64,000 nucleotides of DNA, taken from NCBI GenBank assembly GCA_977017645.1, contig OZ360220.1:263004001-263068000 (forward strand). The letters are read 5' to 3'. Of the stretch, positions 11,839 through 24,050 are shown in pieces. This DNA is from Torpedo marmorata. Its lineage: Eukaryota. Position numbers and translations under genes: made by a program. Position 1 is the stretch's first letter; the number at the start of each line of letters is the position of its first letter. The notes under the pieces were generated by a model. It was not told where the DNA came from, made no database searches, and saw only the letters and a list, made by a program, of their open reading frames with translations.

Positions 11839-14800
11839 TAACCATATAACCATATAACAATTACAGCACGGAAACAGGCCATTAGGCCCTTCCAGTCCGC
11901 ACTGAACCAAACACTCCTCTCTAGTCCCACCTACCTGCACCCTGCCCATAACCCTCCACTTCCTTCTCATCCATATACCTGTCCAACTTTTTCTTAAATA
12001 ATAAAATTGACTCTGCCGCCACTACTTCTCCCGGAAGCTCATTCCACACCGCTACCACTCTCTGAGTAAAGAAGTTCCCCCTCATGTTACCTCTAAACCT
12101 CTGCCCATTAACTCTTAACTCATGTCCTCTTGTTTCAATCTCTCCTACTCTTAACGGAAATAGTCTATCCACATCCACTCTGTCTATCCCTTTCATAATC
12201 TTAAATACCTCTATCAAATCCCCTCTCAACCTTCTACGCTCCAAAGAATAAAGACCTAATCTGCTCAATCTCTCCTTGTACTCTAGATGCTTAAACCCAG
12301 GTAATATTCTGGTAAATCTTCTCTGCACTCTCTCCACTCTGTTGATATCCTTCCTATAATTTGGCGACCAGAACTGCACACAGAACTCTAAATTAGGCCG
12401 CACCAACGCCTTATATAATCTCAACATCACTTCCCAACTCCTATATTCTATGCAATGATTGATAAAGGCCAGCATACTAAAAGCCTTCTTCACCACCCTA
12501 TTCACATGAGTTTCTACCTTCAGGGAACGATGCACCGTTATTCCTAAATCTTTCTGCTCTTCTGTATTCATCAATGCTCTCCCATTTACTACGTATGTCC
12601 TGTTCTGATTCTTCTTACCAAAATGAAGCACCTCACACTTATCAGCGTTAAACTCCATTTGCCATTTTACAGCCCACTTTTCTAAGCAGCCCAAATCGCT
12701 TCTTCATTATCCACTATTCCACCTATCTTAGTATCGTCTGCATATTTACTAATCCAGTTCACCACCCCATCATCTAGATCATTAATGTATATAACGAACA
12801 ACAATGGGCCCAATACAGATCCCTGAGGCACACCGCTAGTCACCGGCCTCCAACCTGACAGACAATTATCCACTACCACTCTCTGGCCTCTCCCATTCAG
12901 CCAATGTTCAATCCATTTGACTATCTCAAAATTTATACCTAAAGACTGCACCTTCCTAACTAACCTTCCATGTGGTACCTTATTGAAGGCCTTACTGAAG
13001 TCCATATAGACAACATCCACCACGCTACCCTCATCCACATTCCTAGTCACCTCTTCAAAAAATTCAATCAGATTGGACAAACAGGACCTTCCGCTCACAA
13101 ATCCGTGTTGAGTGTTCCTGATCAGACCCTGTCTATCCAGATATTTATAAGTACTATCTCTAAGAACTTTCTCCATTAATTTACCTACCACAGACGTCAA
13201 ACTTACAGGCCGATAATTGCCAGGCTTCCTCCTTGAACCCTTTTTAAATAACGGAACCACATGCGCAATACGCCAATCCTCCGGCACTATCCCCATCTCT
13301 AATGACATTTGGAAAATCACCGTCAGAGCCTCTGCTATTTCCTCACTTACTTCTCTCAAGGTCCTGGGGAAGATCCCATCGGGTCCCGGAGACTTATCCA
13401 CCTTTATATGCCTCAAAAGCCCTAAAACTCCTCAAAAATTTTTTAAAGATTTAAATTCAATTATTAGAATATTTTTTATGGAAAAGAAAGTTAGCAAGAG
13501 TAGGTATGGAAAAATTAACTTGGAATTATGAAATGGGTGGTTTACAACTTCCTAATTTCCAAAATTATTATAAAGCAGCTCAACTAAAATTTGTTAATGA
13601 ATTATTTGACTCAACTAAATCTTCTGCTTGGATTAAAATAGATTTAAATAATATAGGAGAAGATTCCAAAGAAGAAATTATTTATAAATGGGATTCTAAA
13701 TTAATATCAACAAGAAAGAAAAATCCGCCTATTTTTAAACATTTGTTAGAAATATGGAATAAGATGGATAAGGAAATAGGAGGAAAATGATTGATTTCTT
13801 CAAGGATGCCTTTATATCAAAATGGACTTATTCCATTTACTATTAATAATCAATTATTTAAAATTTGGTTTCAAAAAGGAATTAAGAAGATTAATGATTG
13901 TTTTGAAGCTGGGAAATTTATTGCTTTTCAAAGAATGAAAGATAAATTTAATATATTAGATAATACACTTTTAGCTTATTATCAAATTAGAGCTTTTCTG
14001 ATTGAGAAATTAGGTTATGCTTTGATTTTACCAAGACAGAATGAATTAGAATTATTAGTTACTAATGGAGATGTCAATAAATTTATTTCTCAAATGTATA
14101 AATTGTTTCAGAGGAAAATGCCTAAAGTAGGATTGCATAAATCAAAATTAAAATGGGAATTAGATTTGAATGTAAGAATAGATGAAAATCATTGGAAAGA
14201 ATTATGTGAATTAAGTATGACGAAGATTTTAATGTTAGATATAGATTAGTACAATACAATTTTTTTCATCAATTATATTTAACACCTAAAAAACTAAAGA
14301 AATTTAATCCAACATTATCAGGTTTATGTTTTAGATGTAATAAAGAGGAAGGGTCTTTTGTACATTCTACATGGTTTTGTCCAAAAGTTTATGATTTTTG
14401 GTTGAAAGTTAAAAATTTTTTAGATAAAGTATTTAAGATTACATTTCCAATGGATCCTATGATATTTTTGTTTGGAGATATTAGAAAATTTAGTATTAAG
14501 ATGAAATTAAATATGTATCAAATAGAATTTTTGCGAATTGCTTTAGCTATTTCAAAGAAATGCATTGCTATTACTTGGAAATCTGATTTAGATTTAGGAT
14601 TAGAAAGATGGCATGCAGAACTTCGTTCGTGTATACCACTTGAAAAAATTACTTATAATTTACGTAATAAATATAATTTCTTCTTAAAAATTTGGAGCCC
14701 ATATATGAAAGCTGTTGGTTTCAGGATTTGAAGATCTCTGGATATTGGATCTACTGGCATACTTGACCTCCATAATAGAATTAGTTTATAGATTGGCATT

Positions 14801-15585
14801 CTCCGTACTCTATCTTTTTCTTTCTTTTTTCTTCTTCTTTTTCTATTTTTATTTTATATTTTTATTTTTATTAGATTAGTGGGTTTGGGAGGGTTGGGGA
14901 GGGGAGGGAGAGAGGGGGGGTGAAAATGTATCACAAATAACTTGATAATTTTATATTTTATTTTATGTATTTTGTGATTTAAATTTTTAAATAAAATATT
15001 TTAAAAAAAGCCCTAACACTATATCTTTCGTAATCACTATATTCTCCATATTTACCCAATTTGCTTTTTTTATCTCGCATATCCCAATATCCTTCTCCTT
15101 GGTGAATACCGAAGAAAAGAAACTGTTCAATATCTCCCCCATTTCTCTAGTCTCCACACACAGTTTTCCGCTCTGATTCTCTAAGGGACCAATTTTGTCC
15201 CTCGCTTTCCTTTTACCATTAACGTATTTATAGAAACCTTTTGGATTAATTGTCACCCTGCTTGCTATAGTCTCCTCGTACCTTCTTTTAGCTTTCCTAA
15301 TTCCTCTCTTAAGATTCCTTTTACATTCAATGTATTTTTCAAACATCTTCTTAATTCCATGCTTCTTATACTTAATGTACGCCTCCCTTTTTTTTCAAAC
15401 CATGTTTCCAATATTCCTCGAAAACCACGGCTCTCTCAAACCTTTTGCCCCTCCTTTTAACCTAACAGGAACATAAAGCTTTTGCACTCTCAAAATCTGA
15501 CCTTTAAAAGACTTCCATCTCTCTACTACATCCTGCCCATAAAACAAATTGTCCCAATGCACACCCTGTAAGTCCTTTCGCATTT
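11839..15585 (-). mobile_element. CR1 LINE ORF2 (5'-truncated), split by an L1 insertion at 13430-15005
   Basis: ORFs 15395..15583, 14987..15346, 12682..13416 and 11921..12694 ([33 protein letters not shown]); (GGTTATAT)n tail at ~11840. Confidence 0.92.
13430..15005 (+). mobile_element. AT-rich L1-clade LINE, 3' part of ORF2 plus 3' UTR, copy 1
   Basis: GGLQLPNF motif, CFRC..H..W.C zinc knuckle, G-rich 3' UTR and A tail; TSD AAAAGCCCTAA(A/C)ACT at 13415-13429 and 15006-15020. Confidence 0.9.
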
Positions 15586-16103
15586 CTCATAGATGCTACC
15601 AAATTGCAGACTGAACATTTCCCATTAGAATCCACAAGGAGTCCGGTGTCAAAGTGCAGCCAACAAGTTCAGGAATTCAGTGTTCAGTGACAATTCAGCA
15701 GTTCCGTACAGAACTGGTGGCATTTCCTAGCAAGTTTCTGGATTTATAAACATACCTTTTTTCATAAAGAGCATTGGCACATTTTCAAACATAAGAAATC
15801 AAATCTTTTGAAAAGCACTGAGCACTTTCAGCTACTTAGCTATCTGGTTCCCTTCTGTCTATAATAAAATAATAATGATGGTCCTTTGTGATCTCTTTAA
15901 AAGCACTTATGAATTATTTATCTGCAGAACAAGCCTATCTCCAACTCCTTGCCAGGACACAAAGCTCTCCTGACAGACTGACATCAGATTAAATTTAATG
16001 GAATAAAAGCCACAACTCCTGCGCTCAAACTCTTTGCGTCATTCAGGATATTATGTAGTAAATAATTGTGGAATTTCAGCAGCTGTGGTTGGAGATCTGC
16101 AGG

Positions 16104-18789
16104 TGTGGTAAACCACTATGTATAGGTTGTGGCTTGGTGATATGTCTGGACATGCCCTCTGCTGACTGTCCCAGTGGCTCCTCCCACAGACCTCCTGAAT
16201 AAAGGCCATTGTGCCACCACTCCTCCCCCAGTCCGGGACAGATTACCAGCATGGATGTGACTCCATTCTTTTGCTAATAAAAGCCTTTCAGTTCTAGTAT
16301 AACTTCTAGTCTTTTGAAGTTATTGATGGGCTCATCAATTTTATTAGCAAAATTGTAAGCATGGAAAATGTCTTGAGACCAGACAAGCTATTCTCCACCA
16401 TAGATCTTAAATCTGCCTACCATCAGCTCCCCATCCGTCGGGACGACTGCCCCAACACCGCCTTCGAGGCGGACGGCAGGCTCTATCACTTCCTGCGCGT
16501 CCCCTTCATGGTCACAAATGGGGTATCCGTCTTCCAGAGGGAGATGGACAGGATGGTGGACCAGTGCCAATTAAAGGCCACATTCCCATACCTGGACAAC
16601 ATTACTATCTGCAGTCATGACTGGCAGGACCATGATAACAATCTCCGGAAGTTCCTCCAGGCGGCCAAAGCACTTAATCTCACCTATAACAAGGATAAGT
16701 GTGTGTTCGGAACCACCTGACTCGCTATCCTGGAGTGCGTTGTGGAGAATGGAGTCATCGGCCCCGACCGCATGCGCCCCCTGCAAGAACTACCGCTCCC
16801 CCACACCCTCAGGGCTCTCAAAAGGAGCTTGGGCTTCTTCTCATACTATGCACAATGGGTCCCTAATTATGCAGACAAGGCCCGCCCCCTAGTCAAGTCC
16901 ACCACTTTTCCCCTCGCAGCGGAGGCACGAGGCCTTCAGCCTCATAAAAGGCGACATTGCCAGGGCAGCAATGCACATGGTGGACGAGTCCACTCCCTTC
17001 CAAGTAGAGAGCGACGCGTCCGACTTCGCACTGGCTGCTACCCTCAACCAGGCGGGAAGACAGGTGGCGTTTTCCTCCCGTACCCTTCAAGGCCCAGAAA
17101 TTCGGCACTCAGCAGTGGAGAAAGAGGCCCAGGCCATAGTGGAAGCTATCAGGCAACTGGAGGCACTATCGAGCCAGCAAAAGGTTTACCCTGTTGACTG
17201 ACCAGCGCTCAGTCGCATTTATATTCAGCAACCAGCAGCGGGGTAAGATCAAAAACGATAAAATCCTGAGGTGGAGAATCAAAATCTTCACCTACAGATA
17301 TGATATCATGAACCGGCCCGGGAAGCTCAACGACCCCTCCGATGCCCTATCCCGGGGGACGTGCGCCAGCGCACAGATCGACCGGTTATATGCCCTCCAC
17401 TGCGACCTCTGCCATCCCGGAGTCACCCGGCGTTTCCACTTTGTGAAAGCCCGAAACCTGCCGTACTCCCTTGAAGAGGTCAGGACGATGACCGGGAGCT
17501 GCCAAGTCTGCGCGGAGTGCAAACCGCACTTCTACCGACCTGACAAGGCACAATTGATAAAAGCAACCCGCCCATTTGAGCGACGACTTTAAGGGCCCCC
17601 TCCCCTCCACTGACTGCAATGTGTACTTTCTCAACGTCATTGACGAGTACTCGTGATTCCCTTTCGCCATTCCCTGCCCCGATACCACGACCACCTCCGT
17701 CATAAAAGCCCTCCGTAAACTCTTCATATTGTTTGGATACCCCTGCTATATCCATAGTGACTGAGGGTCCTCGTTTATGAGTGACGAGCTGCTTCAATAC
17801 CTGCTCCAATATCGCGACTAGGAGGACCACGAGCTATAACCCCCGGTGGAATGGACAAGTGGAGAGGGAGAACACCACGGTCTGGAAGGCCACACTCTTA
17901 GCCCTCAGGTCTAAGGGATTACCAGTCTCCCGCTGGCAAGAAGTCCTTCCCGAGGCACTCCACTCCATCTGCTCCCTGCTATGCACATCCACCAATGCCA
18001 CCCCTCATGAGAGACTCTTTTCCTTCCCCAGGAAGTCGGCCACCGGGACTACCCTACCAGCATGGATGACGTCCTCAGGGCCAGTGCTGCTCTGGAAACA
18101 TGTCAGGAGCAATAAATATGCCCCAACGGTCGAGAGGGTTCAACTACTACATGCAAACCCCCAGTACGCCTACGTGGTTTTTCCTGATGGGCAGGAAGAC
18201 ACGGTCTCCATCCGGGACTTGGCATCCACAGGAGCACTGGTGCCCACCCCAGAACACTCCATGGTTACTGTCACCCCTGCACCGACCATGAGAGACACAC
18301 AGGAGACACCACCCAATTCAAAACAGACACTAAACGAGACCCCCGTACTGACATACACACACGAGGTTTTGCTGACGCCAGACGTGCTGGTACCTCCAAT
18401 CAGGCAGGAGGCAACACCGCCACCTGCCCCATCACCACAAGTACTGTGCCGATCACAGTGGCGGACTCGACCGCCTGACCGACTCGACCTGTAAATATAC
18501 TAATTTGTAATTTTTTTTGTTTATATTGTTACACCCTTCACCCCATGGGACTCTTTTAAAAGGAGGGGTGAATGTGGTAAACCACTTTGTATAGGTTGAG
18601 TCTGGGTGATATGTCTGGACATGCCCTCTACTGACTGTCCCAGTGGCTCCTCCCACAGACCTCCTGAATAAAGGCCATTGTGCCACCACTCCTCCCCCAG
18701 TCCGGGACAGAATACCAACATGGATATGACTCCATTCTTTTGCTAATAAAAGCCTTTCTAGTCTTTTGAAGTTATTGATGGGCTCATCA
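16104..18789 (+). mobile_element. Gypsy family A copy 2: two-LTR provirus with a large internal deletion
   Basis: LTRs 16104-16337 and 18573-18789 (TG...CA; about 8 substitutions and a 17-bp indel by eye); 5-bp TSD GCAGG at 16099-16103 and 18790-18794; RT, RNase H and integrase remnants. Confidence 0.95.
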
Positions 18790-19422
18790 GCAGGCACAGG
18801 AGGAACCATAATAGTGTCAGGAGCTAATGCTGGAGAACAGCACTGAGCAAGGTCTATGGGCCTGAAATATTAGCAGTGGTGGGTGGGTGAGTTACCCTAT
18901 GAAGGTATATTAAGACTTACTAGTGTTTGACATGCAAGACACACTCTCCTTATGCTCACTTTCCAGCTCCCTTCTAAATGCAACATAGCTGTCTAATCCC
19001 ACTTGAGCAAATTCAGGTCTATTATCTCTGATTCAAATTGCTAAAAGAAAGCTGACAATGAGAATTCAGAGTGCTCATTGCCATCTAAAAACCCATCCAT
19101 GATCAATTTCCTATTTGAATCATCATTACAGTGTGGCTGATTCAATTTACCACATTTTGCATCAATATCTAACCCATCACTGAAATCTGACTGAAACAAA
19201 GGAGAATGAAGGGACATCTTTCTCAACAAGAAGGCAGATGCTGGCTGTGGAGGCATTTAGTAAGAGCACTGAATGTGCATAAGACAAGGGTTACAGAGGT
19301 AACAAGTAAAGATAACCTCTGTGCTTTAAAAAAAAAATCTAATTGAAATGAGTTTCAACTTTATTCAGTAAAACACAAAAGTCTGCAAACTCCGTGATTG
19401 AAGTAAAAACACAATGCTGGAG

Positions 19423-20332
19423 TGTTATGGACCATGACTGACAATTTGGACTACGGACGGTAAGCAGGAAGGATGAAGTCTTTTGGAGTACACACTGGGA
19501 CCTGGTACTGAAAGAGTTAACTTGCCCAGGACTTCTTGTATTTACCAGAGAGAGACAAACTGTGGAAAGATATACTTGGTTATGAAACTTTTGAAAAGGG
19601 AGCGAGAGAAAACTCTCTCTACAGAAATGCCTAAAGTTCAGTCGTGGAAAACTGAATCAGTGGCAGTTTTGGAGTTGCAAAGGCGGGAGAACTCAGCAGG
19701 ATCCAGGCTTGTGCATCCCAGAGAAGAAGTTGGGAGAGTAGCACAGAGTCTCTTGAATCAGAAAAATCCAGGCTTGTGTATCCCAGGGAAAAAGGCTGGG
19801 AGAAATACAAAGCCTCTTGATGATTCGGCAGAATCCTGAGTTGAGAGCAGCTTTTGTGAGGAACAAGCTGTGAAATCCAGGTGTGCGCCTCAATCCAGAA
19901 CGGATCTGAATTCGCAATCCTTGTGAAAACACCAGAATGGAAAGTCATCAGAGAAGAAAAGCAAGCCAAGTATTCGTAAGCATAAACAGTCATTGTCTCT
20001 CTCCAACGTTCATTAAGAAGTCCTGCTTGCCAGCACACAGAGCTGAATTTGGACCCTGAACATAGAGAGTGAATTTTTGTGGACTGTATTTTTGGGACTG
20101 ACTTGTTTTTATGACTGACCTGGGGTTTTTGGGGAAAGTTTTTCCATTTTTACATGAGGGTTGGGCACAGACTTTAATGGTCTGGGCTTTACACACACAC
20201 ACACCTTTTAGATAAGAATAGTGTTTATAGTGGGGTTAATTGTTGTGAAATTATATGTTTAAATAAATATAAATTTCAATTTTATGCCTTTTGCATTGAG
20301 TCTTCTGTCGTTGCTGGTTTGAATTTGTAACA
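19423..20332 (+). mobile_element. Solo LTR (910 bp) of the Gmr1-type Gypsy family, inserted into a Penelope terminal fragment
   Basis: TGTTA...TAACA termini; 4-bp TSD GGAG at 19419-19422 and 20333-20336; reverse complement of the LTRs at 33651 and 39407. The flanks rejoin as AATGCTGGAG-AAACTCAGCGGGTC. Confidence 0.93.
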
Positions 20333-20502
20333 GGAGAAACTCAGCGGGTCAAAGAGTGTACTTTTCATAGCAAAGATAAAGATACATAACCAACGATCCG
20401 GGCTTGAGCCCTTCATCAAGGTATGATCAAAATGTAGGCAGGCGTGTGATAAAATGGTGGGAGAAGGGGCTATTTTTTAAAATATATTCTTTATTCAACT
20501 AT

Positions 20503-23130
20503 TAAAAAAAAAAAAAATTTTATTTAAAATTTTTAAATCACAAAATACATAAAATAAAATATGAAATTGTCAAAATATTTGTGATAAATTTTCACCCCCC
20601 CTCCCACCCTCCCCTCCCCAACCCTCCCAACCCCACTAATCTAATAAAAATAAAATATATAAAATAAAAATAGAAAAAGAAAAAAAAAAGAAGAAAGAAA
20701 AAGATAGAGTAAGGAGAATGCCAATCTTAAAAAAAAACATACATCTATAAACTAATTCTATTATGGAGGTCAGGTATGCCAGTAGATCCGTTACGCAGAG
20801 ATCTTCAAATACTTAAACCAACAACTTTCATATATGGGCTCCAAACTTTTAAGAAAAAATGATATTTATTATGTAAATTATAAGTAATTTTTTCAAGTGG
20901 TATACACGAACGAAGTTCTGCATGCCATCTTTCTAATCCTAAATCTAAATCAGATTTCCAAGTAATAGCAATACATTTCTTTGAAACAGCTAAAGCAATT
21001 TGCAAAAATTCTATTTGATACATGTTTAATTTCATCTTAATACTAAATTTTCTAATATCTCCAAACAAAAATATCATAGGATCCATTGGAAATATAATCT
21101 TAAATACTTTATCTAAAATTTTTTTAACTTTCAACCAAAAATCATAAAGTTTTGGACCAAACCATGTAGAATGTACAAAAGAACCTTCCTCTTTATTACA
21201 TCTAAAACATAAACCTGATAATGTCGGATTAAATTTCTTTAGTTTTTTAGGTGTTAAATATAATTGATGAAAAAAATTGTATTGTACTAATTTATATCTA
21301 ACATTAATAATCTTCGTCATACTTAATTTACATAATTCTTTCCAATAATTTTCATCTATTATTACATTCAAATCTAATTCCCATTTTAATCTTGATTTAT
21401 GAATTCCTACTTTAGGAATTTTCCTCTGAAACAATTTATACATTTGAGAAATAAATTTATTTACATCTCCTATTTAGTAACTAATAATTCTAATTCATTC
21501 TGTCTTGGTAAATCAAAGCATAACCTAATTTCTCAGTCAGAAAAGCTCTAATTTGATAATAAGCAAAAAGTGTATTATCCAATATATTAAATTTATCTTT
21601 CATTCTTTGAAAAGTAATAAATTTCCCAGCTTCAAAACAATCATTTATTTTCTTAATTCCTTTTTGAAACCAAATTTTAAATAGTTGATTATTAATAGTA
21701 AATGGAATAAGTCCATTTTGATATAAAGGCATCCTTGAAGAAATCAATCCTTTTCCTCCTATTTCCTTATCCGTCTTATTCCATATTTCTAACAAATGTT
21801 TAAGAATAGGAGAATTTTTCTTTCTTGTTGATATTAATTTAGAATCCCATTTATAAATAACTTCTTCTTTGGAATCTTCTCCTATATTATTTAATTCTAT
21901 TTTAATCCAAGCAGAAGATTTAGTTGAATCAAAAAAATCATTAACAAATTTTAATTGAGCTGCTTTATAATAATTTTGGAAATTAGGAAGTTGTAAACCA
22001 CCCATTTCATAATTCCAAGTTAATTTTTCCATACCTACTCTTGCTAACTTTCCTTTCCATTAAAAATTTCTAATAATTGAATTTAAATCTTTAAAATTTT
22101 TTTGAGGAATTTCATAAGGAATTGATTGGAAAAGATATTGAATTCTTGGAAAAACATTCATTTTAATACAATTTACTCTTCCCATTAAAGTTATAGGTAA
22201 ATCTATCCAATTTTCTAAATCCTTTTTTATTTTCACAAATAATGGTAAATAATTTAATTTGTATAAATTAGCCAATTTTGTGTCAATCCTTATTCCCAAA
22301 TATTTAATTCCTTCCTTTGCCCATTTAAATTGTGTAATTTCTTTACATCTACTATAATCCCCTTGTGATAATGCCATAATTTCACTTTTATCAGAATTAA
22401 TTTTATATCCAGATATTTCCCCATATTCTCTCAATAACGCAGACAATTGTACTAAAGATGTAGTGGATTTTGTCATATATATCAATACATCATCTGCAAA
22501 TAAACTAATTTTATGTTCTTCCATTCCAACTTTAATACCAACTATTTTAGGATCTTTTCTAACTAATTCTGCCAAAGGTTCTATCGCCAAAATAAATAAC
22601 GCTGGTGACAAAGGACGTCCTTGTCTAGTAGATCGAGTCAAAGGAAATCTTGAAGAAATTTGTCCATTTGTAACTACTTTAGCAGATGGTTCTTTATATA
22701 TAGTTTTAATCCAATTAATAAATGTACTTCCAAAACCAAATTTCTCCAATACCTTAAATAAAAAATTCCACTCTAATCTATCAAAAGCCTTTTCGGCGTC
22801 TAAAGTTAAAACTAATGGTAAATCTTCCTTCTTTTTATGTAGATTAATTAAACTAATTAATCTAGCTATATTGTCTTTTGAATATCTATTTTTACTAAAA
22901 CCAGCTTGATCTACATGAATTAAATCTGGTAAATAATTAGCCATTCTATTTGCTAAAATTTTTGCCATTATCTTATAATCTACATTTAACAATGAAATAG
23001 GTCTATATGATTCAGTTTTCACTACATCTCTATCTTTTTTTTGGTATAACTGTAATTATTGCATTTAAGAAAGTATCTGGTAATGAGTGGGTTTCCGTAA
23101 TTTGATTCAATACATCCATATGTGGAGGTA
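20503..23130 (-). mobile_element. AT-rich L1-clade LINE, RT to 3' UTR, copy 2
   Basis: ORF 22060..23022 (YRPISLLNVDYK, DAEKAFD, TRQG.PLSP, LFADD, KYLG); exact TSD CTTTATTCAACTAT at 20489-20502 and 23131-23144. Confidence 0.92.
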
Positions 23131-23898
23131 CTTTATTCAACTATCTTTATTAAAATATATTACTGGGTTATGCCTGCAACATAAATGTGCTTGCTATGCA
23201 TGGAAACAACCAAGGTTCAAGGTTACATCATACATCAAAACAAGGAACATAACATTACAGTTAGGCACAGGACTTTTCAGCTGGGCATACAGGAAGCACA
23301 TTTTTGCACAAAGAGAAGTGGAAACCTGGAACTGACCCTTTCAAGAATATAGATGCTGAGACAATTGGAACTATCGAAAGCAGAGAGATTTCTAATGGTT
23401 ATGGATATCAAAACAAATCAATGCAGTTGTGGTAAAATTAAAAGGCAGACCCCAGGCCCAAGCAGTTGATGAACCTCTTCCTGTTCTCATCTTCCAATTT
23501 ATTCCTGTTTCTGTGGATAATTTTTCTTGGATCTGTGGAAAATTGTGCGATGGACAAACTGCACAATTGTGGATGCCGCCTCATGTTTTCCTGATCTGTA
23601 CACAAAGGTTCAATGATTCTGGAGCTACAGCCATCCATTCTGATAGCTCTCTAAGAAGTTCCTGTCTCTGACACTTCTCAGTGTCCTTGTGGGAATTCTG
23701 CTCCCTCTTGACTGCAGAAAATTAATCAAGGCTGGAGCAGATATGCAGAAATAAGAAATGCCTCAAGCTGGGGCTCCACTGGAGAGTTTGTAAAGCTTGT
23801 GGAGGAAGAATGGGGGTGGTTGGATTGGGATGTGGGTTTATTTTTAAAAGTTACTCCAAATTATTGCTAAATGAGATCCTATTTTGTTTCTATTTAAG

Positions 23899-24050
23899 GA
23901 ATCAAACTACAGCTGATGGAGCTTCTGCTAACACAAACCAGCTAAACAGCCCATTAAAAGTGACGGTAAAGATTAACAAAGATCCACTCCTGGATCATGG
24001 GTTTCTTCTGTCAAAAGATACACCAACATGTGTGAAGTCTGTCACTCCAG
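23899..24050 (+). CDS. FRMPD1: FRMPD1 internal coding exon A (start of PDZ domain), 152 nt, phase 2 to 1
   Basis: tttaag|G...CCAG|gtaaat; translates NQTTADGASANTNQLNSPLKVTVKINKDPLLDHGFLLSKDTPTCVKSVTPG, like the FRMPD1 TVKIDKD..DYGF..V.AG segment. Confidence 0.85.

Noticed and set aside
19483-19839. Recurrent ~120-aa ORF in the Gmr1 LTRs (also 39923..40288) as an accessory gene
   Set aside because: It starts at TTG, its frames differ between LTR copies, and it contains internal short repeats; recurrence is explained by LTR identity.
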